Assembly: GCA_965243025.1 (NCBI GenBank)
Contig: CBDETY010000003.1
Coordinates: 5,824,001-5,888,000, forward strand
Length of the DNA: 64,000 nt
DNA from: Candidatus Latescibacterota bacterium
GTDB taxonomy: Bacteria > Latescibacterota > UBA2968 > UBA8231
Direction of reading: 5' to 3'
The position numbers and the translations under genes were made by a program. The notes beneath the pieces were generated by a model. It ran no database searches, had not been told where the DNA came from, and saw only the letters and a list, made by a program, of their open reading frames with translations. Of this stretch, positions 9,226 through 17,451 are shown in pieces (position 1 is the first letter of the stretch; each line of letters begins with the position of its first letter).

Positions 9226-12200
9226 AACTGAAATGCATGCGCCAGTCGGAGAAGTCCTTCATGTCCGTCTGGCGGGCGAACTCGAAGTTCATGGGAGCGA
9301 GGAAGTAGACGAGCAGGCCGAATCCCACTCCGGCGCGCAGCTTGCGCGGATCTCCCTTGTCTTCGTGGGGGGCGTCCGGCGGCATCAGCGGCCACGGATC
9401 GAGGGTGTCTCCGTCGTCCCAGGTTCCGCCGATGTCGAAAAAGAAGCTGCCGTCGACCGCCGGGATGGCGAAGGTTCCGGGCCAGCCGAAGGTGATGTTG
9501 CGGATGAAGGGAACGCGGATCTCGCTGTTGAAAAGCAGGACGCGGCTTCCGGTGAACTGGGAGAACGGGTACCCGCGCAGCGGCCCGACGTTGAGGTTGT
9601 AGCCCGGAAAGAATGGCAGGACCCAGGAGGGGCCGCCGAGATTGTAGGTCAGCCCGTCCCTGCCCAGCGACCCGACGCCGACGCCGCGCAGCCCCAGCAC
9701 CGACCACCTGCCCAGGCGGATGTAGTGGCGATAGTCCGCTTCGATGTGGGAGAATGAGCGGTCGCCTCCAGTGAGAACGAGGGTGCGCCCGACCGAAAGG
9801 TAGTACTTGCGGCCCGACGTCGGACCGAGAAGGCCGTTGTTGAGCGAGTCGTGGACGTAGGAGGTCTTGAACAGGTGGGTGCTGAAGCTCTCGATGGTCT
9901 CCGTATCCGGCCACACCAGCTCCCGCCGCTCGTCGACGAAAGAGTAGCTCAACTCGACGCGGCGGTATACGTCGAGGGGATACGTAGCGTCTGCGAGAAG
10001 CCCTCCCTGACGGCTGCGTACCAGACCGCGCACCAGGCGGCCCCGATAGAAAAAGAGGCGGTCCTGGGTGTCGTTGAAATACTGGTTCCAGTTGAAGATC
10101 GTGGCGCTGTAGGTCGGCCGGCGGCCGTAGTAGCTGTAGCCGACGGCGAAGGTGAAGTCGCTGTTGATCTCCCGCGAGCCGATGTAGTCGGTGAACAGGA
10201 TCAGCTGGTGATTGCCGAGGAGGTCGCTCATGCTCAACTGGCCGATGCCGGACAGAAACCCGTTGTAGTAACCCATCTGGAAGGAGACGCCGTCGAACTC
10301 CAGCCTCGGTGTATAGCGCCGGCGGGGCAGTTCTCCCAGGGATACGTCCCCCTTCCCGGCGAGGCCGGACTCGAGCTGGACACCACCGGAGGCCAAGGGA
10401 GTTGCGACCGCCTCACCCGGGGGTGGATCGGGGATTTCGGAAATCCCCGCGCCGGTGTCCAGGGGCTGAGACACCTCCGCCAGTTTCACCGCCTTCCCCC
10501 GACCCGCGGCCCCCTGCTCGAGGAGGGGTGGAACCGCATCAGCGAGTCCGTCGAGCGGCGCCTTCCTGAGGACGGCCGCCAACGCGGAAGTGTCCGCGGC
10601 CGCCGTGGCCTCCGGCTCGGCCGCCTCCGGAGGGGAGGCGGCAACCGCCGGGTTCTTTCCCGGAATCCGGGCGGCGAGCTCGGCATCCCTGCTCTTGATC
10701 TCAGGCCAGTTCGGCATGTCCAGGCGGTACAACTCCTGGCGGCCGTGGTAGTAGGTTCCCAGCACGATCTGCTTGCCGTCGGGTGACAGCGCCGGCGACA
10801 GTATTCCGCTGATGGTGCGCGTGATGCGGAACTCCTGCCCTGTCTCCAAGTGGTAGACGAAGAGGTCGTTTATGCGCTCCCGGGTCGAGACGTAAAGCAT
10901 CTTGTTGCCCTCGGGGAGCCACTGGGGCCACAAGTCGTCGGTCGGGCTGGAAATCAATCCCCGGGTGCGGCCGGTCTCGAGGTCGTATTCCCGGATGTCG
11001 AACTGGCCGTTGCGCTTGGCGCTGAAGGCGATCCTGGCGCCATCCGGGGACCACGCAGGGTAATCTTCGCGGGTCGGGGTGCCGGTCACCTGCGTCAGCT
11101 GGCGGGTCTCGACGTCGACGTAGTAGATGTCGCTCTGGCCGTACCCGGTGCCGACGAACGCCAGGAGCCGGCTGTCGGGAGCCCAATCGAGACTCCTGAT
11201 GACCTCGATATCTTCGAAGACAATGGAACCGGTCACCTCCTTGTCGTACAGGTCCCACAGAAGAAGCAGGTCCTTGGGCCCTTTCTTGGCGACGAAGGCG
11301 ATGGTGCGGCCGTCGGGTGCCCAGGCGACCGAGCCCTGGCCGAAGGTCAGGTCGTCGAAAATCGCGGTGCGCATCCCCGTGGTGACACGCTCGACCACCG
11401 TGCCGTTGCGCAGCCTGATGATGTCGACGTGCTCCTCGACCCCGTCGGTGGAGAGCACGGCGAGCATGTCGCCGCTGAGCGACCAGCGCGGCCCCGCGTA
11501 GAGCGAATGGACGTCGTCGTCCTGCACGACCCGGGTGGCGAATTCCGAGACGTAGTCGCGGTTCTGCAGCAGCGGCCAGTACTTCTTGCGCATGTGCGCC
11601 TGCCAGCGTTCGTCGAGGGTCTTCATGTCGACGTCGATCAGCCGTTCCAGGAGCTTGTCGGTGTCGGTCCGGCTGTCCCAGACGCGGAGAATGCGGCTGA
11701 TCTTTTCCGGGCCGTAGTTCGCCGCGATGTACTCCATCAGGCTGTGGCCCTGCTTGTAGGCGAGGAACGTATTCGGCAGGTAGTCCCACGAGGAGTCCAT
11801 CACCTCGAGGGGAATCAGCTCGTCGGTGAGGATGGCGTCGCGCAGCACCATCTCGTCGATGGTGCCCATGCCGGCCTCCCCTTCGGCGAACTGCGCCATC
11901 CCCTCCATGATCCAGGTGGGCGGGCGGGCGACCGGGTTGGTGATCCGTTTGACAGGTCCGCGGTTGACGATGTCGTACTGGAATATGTGCATCAGCTCGT
12001 GCACGAGGACGTTGCGGAAGTTGTCGAGGTCGCCGTCGAATGGGATGACCATGCGGTAGCGCAGCGGCTCGGCGAAGCCGGCCACTCCGGGAGGAAGAAA
12101 GGCCTGGATGATGTTGGTCTGCTGGAACTCGTAGTGCGACTTGAAGATGACAATGGGCGGTTTCGTCGACAGCTCGTGGCGCATCAGGCCGCTGATGTGA

Positions 12201-12448
12201 TCGTAGGCCTCCTCGAGAAAGAGGATGGCGCGGTCGGCGAGATCCTCGAACTCCGGCTCGTAGTGAAGCAGCAGGTGCTCGCTTTCGGCATAGTGCCAGT
12301 CGAAGTCCTTGTAACGCACCTTGTTCTTGCCGAACCCCTGGCGCAACTGTGAGGACACGACGTCCTGGGCAGCCACCTCGCCGGCGCCAAGGAGGAGGCT
12401 GACCAGGAGTGCCCCGGTGGGTCCGGTTTTTAGAATGCCGGGTTTCAA
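9209..12448 (-). CDS. Omp85/BamA-superfamily protein with N-terminal gluzincin (MA-clan) peptidase and PD40/TolB-like beta-propeller
   Basis: FGKNKVRY; HELMH...WIMEGMAQ; repeated WSPDG/WAPD; barrel with LRGY and C-terminal MHFSFGKSF. Probable TTG start at 12448. Confidence 0.85.
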   Translation of the reverse strand: MKPGILKTGPTGALLVSLLLGAGEVAAQDVVSSQLRQGFGKNKVRYKDFDWHYAESEHLLLHYEPEFEDLADRAILFLEEAYDHISGLMRHELSTKPPIVIFKSHYEFQQTNIIQAFLPPGVAGFAEPLRYRMVIPFDGDLDNFRNVLVHELMHIFQYDIVNRGPVKRITNPVARPPTWIMEGMAQFAEGEAGMGTIDEMVLRDAILTDELIPLEVMDSSWDYLPNTFLAYKQGHSLMEYIAANYGPEKISRILRVWDSRTDTDKLLERLIDVDMKTLDERWQAHMRKKYWPLLQNRDYVSEFATRVVQDDDVHSLYAGPRWSLSGDMLAVLSTDGVEEHVDIIRLRNGTVVERVTTGMRTAIFDDLTFGQGSVAWAPDGRTIAFVAKKGPKDLLLLWDLYDKEVTGSIVFEDIEVIRSLDWAPDSRLLAFVGTGYGQSDIYYVDVETRQLTQVTGTPTREDYPAWSPDGARIAFSAKRNGQFDIREYDLETGRTRGLISSPTDDLWPQWLPEGNKMLYVSTRERINDLFVYHLETGQEFRITRTISGILSPALSPDGKQIVLGTYYHGRQELYRLDMPNWPEIKSRDAELAARIPGKNPAVAASPPEAAEPEATAAADTSALAAVLRKAPLDGLADAVPPLLEQGAAGRGKAVKLAEVSQPLDTGAGISEIPDPPPGEAVATPLASGGVQLESGLAGKGDVSLGELPRRRYTPRLEFDGVSFQMGYYNGFLSGIGQLSMSDLLGNHQLILFTDYIGSREINSDFTFAVGYSYYGRRPTYSATIFNWNQYFNDTQDRLFFYRGRLVRGLVRSRQGGLLADATYPLDVYRRVELSYSFVDERRELVWPDTETIESFSTHLFKTSYVHDSLNNGLLGPTSGRKYYLSVGRTLVLTGGDRSFSHIEADYRHYIRLGRWSVLGLRGVGVGSLGRDGLTYNLGGPSWVLPFFPGYNLNVGPLRGYPFSQFTGSRVLLFNSEIRVPFIRNITFGWPGTFAIPAVDGSFFFDIGGTWDDGDTLDPWPLMPPDAPHEDKGDPRKLRAGVGFGLLVYFLAPMNFEFARQTDMKDFSDWRMHFSFGKSF

Positions 12449-12467
12449 GACTTCACCTGCTTTCCGG

Positions 12468-13337
12468 TTAAGTGCCGGGATTCCGCCCGTCAGGATCGCC
12501 GCTCTCGCCAGCGTCTTCGCCGGACTCGACAGGGGCATCCAGTCCGAGATCATCAAGCCCCGTCGCCAGCGAGTCTACCTGTTCCCCCTCTCCGAGGACC
12601 TCTCTCGATTTGCGTCCCTGCAGCTGCCGCAGGTTGATTCTGTACGCTTCCCGGCGCGGATTGAGGGCGCGCGCCCGCTGATAGGCGAGCTCGGCCTTCT
12701 CCCGCTCTCCAAGGCGCTCGTACACGACGCCGAGATTGTTGGAAAGGCTCGCCGACACGCTGTCCGCGGCGAGGGCCTTCTCGAGGTGCAACCGCGCTTC
12801 CTTCCACATACCGTTTTCGATGCACCAGAGCGCGTATTCGTTTACTCGCTCGACCTTCTCCTTCTGGCTGCGGGTGCGGGCGGCGTGCAGGGATTGCAGC
12901 TTGCGGTCCAGCTCGGGGTTCCTGCCGCTGAAGATTTCACCTTCACCCGCAGGGCGGGCTTTGGAACCCCGGCGGCGCGCTTCTGCCGCTCTTGAGGGGG
13001 GTGCGTCCATCCCGGCTGCAAAGTCCGGGTCAGGGGCCGCGGTATTCACCGGCAGGGAGTCCCCGGCACTGGCAACGGAGCCGTCGTCCCCCGCAGTCGA
13101 TACCGCCCCTCCAGCGGCCGTATCTTCTTGGACAATCTCACCTTGCGGACGGTTCCCCGGGTCGTCCCACCAGGGCTTTTCGGTATCGGGGCGGCGTTTG
13201 ACCACCTCGAAGCAGCCGCTCCAGACCAGGCATGAGGCCGCAAGGATGGCGGCGCTCAGGGGAACGGCACGGCCCGGGCGCGGCCGGGAACCGCCCGTTT
13301 CCGGTTCTGAAGCGACCCTGGAAAGATTCGTTGCCAT
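12468..13337 (-). CDS. TPR-containing putative lipoprotein
   Basis: Hydrophobic stretch ending WSG-C; TPR-like NEYALWCIENGMWKEA...EKAL, NNLGVVYERLG...A..AY.RA..LNP. Confidence 0.75.
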   Translation of the reverse strand: MATNLSRVASEPETGGSRPRPGRAVPLSAAILAASCLVWSGCFEVVKRRPDTEKPWWDDPGNRPQGEIVQEDTAAGGAVSTAGDDGSVASAGDSLPVNTAAPDPDFAAGMDAPPSRAAEARRRGSKARPAGEGEIFSGRNPELDRKLQSLHAARTRSQKEKVERVNEYALWCIENGMWKEARLHLEKALAADSVSASLSNNLGVVYERLGEREKAELAYQRARALNPRREAYRINLRQLQGRKSREVLGEGEQVDSLATGLDDLGLDAPVESGEDAGESGDPDGRNPGT

Positions 13338-13590
13338 GGCTGTCTGCAGTGCGGCCGACGGCGGCTGACGCCTTGGGAGTGCGGAGTTCCGGGGGCCTCT
13401 CCTGCCCGCCAGCCGCCGGGAAGCCCTTGCCGGCCCGGCGAAGCGGGCGCGCATGCTGGTCGACTTGCGGCACGGCGGCCGGTTCCCGGAAGCCCCGAGA
13501 CAGAAAGGGGAACCCGTTTTCGAGAATATAAGCAGTGACCTGCCGGACCTCATAAGAGCAGGAGGAAGGCAGTTTCGGTTTCGGCTCCCG

Positions 13591-14940
13591 TTAGCGGAGA
13601 GAAGGCAGCCGTCGGCGAAGGATCGGGACACCCGCCAGCAGAAGGTAAAAGGGGGCGAACTCCACCAGCCTGACCCAGGCCTGCTCTTCCCATACGCCGA
13701 GGTGGAGGTAGCGGCCAAGTACTTCGTAGGAAAGCACCACCAGCCCGGAGAGGCAGAGCCAGGCGGGGTTGGGAAAAAACGGCAGAAAGGGGAGAATCCA
13801 GAGCAGGTACCAGGGATGCAGAGTCGGGGACAGCAGGGTGAACACGGACAGAACCACGAACAGCACGCGCAGCGGATCGGCCATGAGCACGGGAGCTGCC
13901 AGGCAGGTAAGCGCCACTGCACCGGCGCAGAACAGGCGGGCCCCGGAATGGGCTCCCTCCGCGTCGACTCCGGCCAGGCGCAGGCCCTCGACTGCAAGGG
14001 AGAAAACCGAATCGTTGAAGCGCCACCTCGCCGCGTACGCCGACAGGCCGTCGAAGAGACCGGAACCCGCGCCTGAGTAGGGAAGGTACCCGGCCAGGAC
14101 GCCGACGGGAAGAAGCAGCAACGGCATGCGCCCCCTCAGGCTGAGCCAGGCGCGCAGGTCCCTCCCTCCGTGGTTCCCGAACTCGCGCCAGAACAGGGGT
14201 GCCGCCAGCAACGGAATCAGCTTGGCCAGCACTGCCGCCGCCAACGCCAGGGCCGCCGCCCCCCGGCGTCCATTGAGCATCAGGGACGCAGCTGCCATGA
14301 GCAGCGCGATGCCGAGGGGGTCGATGTGGCCGCTGCCGGCGATCTCGACTACGGCAAGCGGGTTCCACAGGTAGAGGAGCACCCATCGGGGGTCGCGCCC
14401 GGAGCGCCGCAGCAACAGGATCAGGATGGCGGCCAGCAGCGCCTCGCAGCAGAGAAGGGCGGCCTTCATCGCGGTCACGGTATGGCTGACCGCGGAAACC
14501 CCGAGAAAGAACAGCTGCGCCAGGGGCGGATAGATCGTCGGCACGTCCTTGTGGTTGATGTGGGGGTAGTGGACGTCCCGCAGCTCCTCCACGGCGGGGT
14601 CCCCGGGGGAGTGCATATACGGGTTGATCCCGGCTAGCTGGACGCGGCCGTCCCACAGGTAGCGGTATATGTCGTCGGACAGGCTGGGAGCCGCCGGCAG
14701 GAGGGTGAGACGGAAGACCGCGGCACCGATCAGGACGGCGGCCAGGGAGCCCCGCCGCACGGCAACGAATGCGGCTCCCCCGGTATACGCCGCGAAAGCG
14801 ACGGCGAAAAGCATCCAGAACCAGGGTATGGCGGGGCGCAGGTCTCCCAGCGAGGCGAGAACCAGCCAGGCTCCCTCCATGGCCGCGGCGCAACCATAGA
14901 GGGGGGCATCCCGTTTCAGGCGCTGCAGCTGGAGGGGCAT
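13591..14940 (-). CDS. GT-C fold membrane glycosyltransferase (GT87/DUF2029-like)
   Basis: LSDDIYRYLWDG..Q..GINPY, TIYPP..Q, YLWNPL..E..G.GH.D, LSPTLHPWY; many TM helices. Confidence 0.8.
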   Translation of the reverse strand: MPLQLQRLKRDAPLYGCAAAMEGAWLVLASLGDLRPAIPWFWMLFAVAFAAYTGGAAFVAVRRGSLAAVLIGAAVFRLTLLPAAPSLSDDIYRYLWDGRVQLAGINPYMHSPGDPAVEELRDVHYPHINHKDVPTIYPPLAQLFFLGVSAVSHTVTAMKAALLCCEALLAAILILLLRRSGRDPRWVLLYLWNPLAVVEIAGSGHIDPLGIALLMAAASLMLNGRRGAAALALAAAVLAKLIPLLAAPLFWREFGNHGGRDLRAWLSLRGRMPLLLLPVGVLAGYLPYSGAGSGLFDGLSAYAARWRFNDSVFSLAVEGLRLAGVDAEGAHSGARLFCAGAVALTCLAAPVLMADPLRVLFVVLSVFTLLSPTLHPWYLLWILPFLPFFPNPAWLCLSGLVVLSYEVLGRYLHLGVWEEQAWVRLVEFAPFYLLLAGVPILRRRLPSLR

Positions 14941-14953
14941 CCGGGCGTGGAAA

Positions 14954-15475
14954 TCAATAGGTCAGCCGGCGGGCGCCGGCGTAGCGGCTGCCGAAATAGG
15001 GCTGGTTGAGACTGTCGATTACCCCGCCCCGGCTCAGGCTGGCGTGGATGAAGCGGTCGTCCCCGACGTATACGCCGACGTGTGAAATCCCCGGGCCGGA
15101 GGCGGCGATGCGGAAGAAGAGGAGGTCTCCGGGCCGCAGGTCATCGCGGTTGGCGATCGGGGAGCCGACGACGAACATCTGCTTCGAGGTCCGGGGAAGC
15201 TCGATGCCGTAGGCCTCGCGCACGATGGCCCGGGTCATGGCGGAGCAGTCCATCCCTGTGCGGGTGGTGCCTCCCCATTTGTAGGGGATTCCGAGGTACC
15301 CGTTGGCCACCTCCAGCAACCGCCGGGGACTGCTGTTGCGCAGGGCGCGCTGGCGGGCCCGCAGCTCCTCGACGACCGTGCGGCCGCCGGGGGGCTCGCT
15401 CGTGTAGCGCGGTGCCGGTGCGCAGGCGGCCAGCAGGGAGAACACCGCGAGGGCCTGCACCGGTTGGCGCCTCAC
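14954..15475 (-). CDS. NlpC/P60 (C40) peptidase lipoprotein
   Basis: Lipobox LAA-C; LGIPYKWGG...DCSA, PGDLLFF, HVGVY...FIHAS; GTGA overlap with the rluD stop. Confidence 0.9.
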   Translation of the reverse strand: MRRQPVQALAVFSLLAACAPAPRYTSEPPGGRTVVEELRARQRALRNSSPRRLLEVANGYLGIPYKWGGTTRTGMDCSAMTRAIVREAYGIELPRTSKQMFVVGSPIANRDDLRPGDLLFFRIAASGPGISHVGVYVGDDRFIHASLSRGGVIDSLNQPYFGSRYAGARRLTY

Positions 15476-16437
15476 GCCGGCCTCCGCAGCAGCTCGAGGA
15501 CCCTCCCGATATCCTCCGGCAGCGGCGAGGAAAAGCTCGCGGCCTTTCCCGTGGAGGGGTGTTCGAAGGCGAGCCTGCTCGCGTGCAGGGCCTGGCGGCC
15601 GATCAGCCCGAGCGCCTGGCTCGCGGCGCCGCGGTGCCCGGGGGCGATTCCGCGCAGGCGCGAGCGTCCCCCGTAGACGGGGTCGCCGAATACGGGGTGG
15701 CCGGCGTGCTGCATATGCACGCGGATCTGGTGCGTTCTGCCGGTTTCCAGCTCGACGCGAAGCAGGCTCAGGAAACCGAGCTTTTCGCAGGTCGTGAAAC
15801 GGGTTACGGCGCGGCGGCCATCTTCGCGAACCGCCATCTGCACCCGGTCCCGGGGATTGCGGGCGATGGCGGCTTCGATCCGGCCGGCGCCCGGATCTCC
15901 CCAGACGACGGCGGCGTAGACCCGGCTGAGGGTCCGCGCCTCGAGCTGTGCTGCGAGACTGCGGTGGGCGCGGTCGTTCTTGGCGACGACCATCAGCCCG
16001 GTGGTGTCGCGGTCGAGGCGGTGTACGATGCCGGGCCGCAGGGCCCCGTTGATCCCGGACAGATCGCGGCAGCGGTGGAGGAGGGCGTTCACCAGGGTTC
16101 CCGTCCGGCATCCTGGAGCCGGGTGAACGGTCATCCCGGCAGCCTTGTCGACAACGAGGAGATCGTCGTCCTCGTATGCAACCGACAGGGGGATCTCTTC
16201 GGGAAGGAGGTCGAGCCTGCCGGGGGCGGGAATCGTCATGTCGACGCGGTCTCCTGCCCTGACCCTGTAGCTGGCTCGCCGCGGTTTTCCCCCTACGCGA
16301 ACGGCTCCGTCGCCGATCAGCGTCTGTATCCGGCTGCGCGAAAGCGAGCCGCAACGGTCGGCGAGGAACCGGTCCAGGCGTTCTCCCTCCTCCTCGTCGG
16401 GAATGACGACTCGAACCGAAGCGCCGGGTTCGGACAT
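15472..16437 (-). CDS. rluD: RluA-family 23S rRNA pseudouridine synthase
   Basis: S4 domain RLDRFL..SRS; KAAGMTVHP, HRLDRDTTG, TGRTHQIRVH, QALHA. Confidence 0.9.
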   Translation of the reverse strand: MSEPGASVRVVIPDEEEGERLDRFLADRCGSLSRSRIQTLIGDGAVRVGGKPRRASYRVRAGDRVDMTIPAPGRLDLLPEEIPLSVAYEDDDLLVVDKAAGMTVHPAPGCRTGTLVNALLHRCRDLSGINGALRPGIVHRLDRDTTGLMVVAKNDRAHRSLAAQLEARTLSRVYAAVVWGDPGAGRIEAAIARNPRDRVQMAVREDGRRAVTRFTTCEKLGFLSLLRVELETGRTHQIRVHMQHAGHPVFGDPVYGGRSRLRGIAPGHRGAASQALGLIGRQALHASRLAFEHPSTGKAASFSSPLPEDIGRVLELLRRPA

Positions 16438-16483
16438 GCCTTGCGGAAGCGCAGCTGGCCGCCGTGGATCCCGTGTGGGTGCG

Positions 16484-17053
16484 TCAGCTCCCGGAGACGC
16501 GATCCGACTCGGCGACCTCGGGCCCCCCCTCACCCGGACGCGGCCCGGGTTCCTTTCGGCGGCCGTAGCCGATGGCGAGAATGACGATGCCGACGGTGAC
16601 GAACGAGTCGGCGACGTTGAAGACCGGCCAGCGCCAGTCCGGGCCGATTCCGAAGTCGAAGAAGTCGATCACCTCCCCCAGGCGAATGCGGTCTATGATG
16701 TTGCCGAGCGCCCCGCCGAGAACCATGGTCACCGCCGCCCGCAACAGCCCCGAGTCGGAAGGCAGGGTGCGGAACAGGTAGGCGAGAACGACGAGAGCCG
16801 CTACCGATACGAAGGTATGGATCTCGGGGCCGCCGAAGCTGAGACCGAAGGCGGCGCCGCGGTTGTGGATGTAGGTCAGGCGAAAGAAACCGCCGAGAAC
16901 CTCTATCGAATCGTTCCGGGCCATCGTGGCGGCGACCAGGAGCTTGGTCGCCTGGTCGAGCGCCAGAATCAGGGGAAGGAGAACGGGGAGGGAAAACCGC
17001 CGCCACGGGGATTTTCCGTCGCCGCCCGGGCTACCAGCTGCCGGCCTTGTCAT
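16484..17053 (-). CDS. lspA: Lipoprotein signal peptidase II
   Basis: LDQATK, NRGAAFG, GGALGNIIDR, VIDF, WPVFNVADS. Confidence 0.93.
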   Translation of the reverse strand: MTRPAAGSPGGDGKSPWRRFSLPVLLPLILALDQATKLLVAATMARNDSIEVLGGFFRLTYIHNRGAAFGLSFGGPEIHTFVSVAALVVLAYLFRTLPSDSGLLRAAVTMVLGGALGNIIDRIRLGEVIDFFDFGIGPDWRWPVFNVADSFVTVGIVILAIGYGRRKEPGPRPGEGGPEVAESDRVSGS

Positions 17054-17411
17054 CCTTCGACTTGCAGGCGATGCACTGGGTAGCCGTCGGCACCGCTTCC
17101 AGCCTGGGGCGGCCGATCTCGCCCCCGCAGACGCGGCAGATGCCGAAAGTGCCGTCCGCGATCCGCTGCAGGGCCTCGTCGAGGTAATCGATGTAATTCC
17201 CCTCGCGCTGGGCGAGCAGGAGGTTCTTCTCCCGCTCCATGGCGTCCGTGCCGCGGTCGGCCATGTGCAGCGAGTACGCCGAGCGGTCTTCGGAAGACTC
17301 CTGCGCGTCGTCGCTGCGAGACACTCTCTCCAGCTCTTCGAGGTCGGCATTCGCCTGGACCCGTTTTTCGGTGATCAGGCACTTGAAGTAGGCGAGATCT
17401 TCGGCGTTCAT
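17031..17411 (-). CDS. dksA: TraR/DksA C4 zinc-finger protein
   Basis: HMADRGTD coiled-coil tip; GTFGICRVC...RLEAVP....CIAC. Confidence 0.85.
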   Translation of the reverse strand: MNAEDLAYFKCLITEKRVQANADLEELERVSRSDDAQESSEDRSAYSLHMADRGTDAMEREKNLLLAQREGNYIDYLDEALQRIADGTFGICRVCGGEIGRPRLEAVPTATQCIACKSKDDKAGSW

Positions 17412-17451
17412 CGGTTTCCAGCTCTCTGTAGTGATCGTCCAATCGAAAGGC

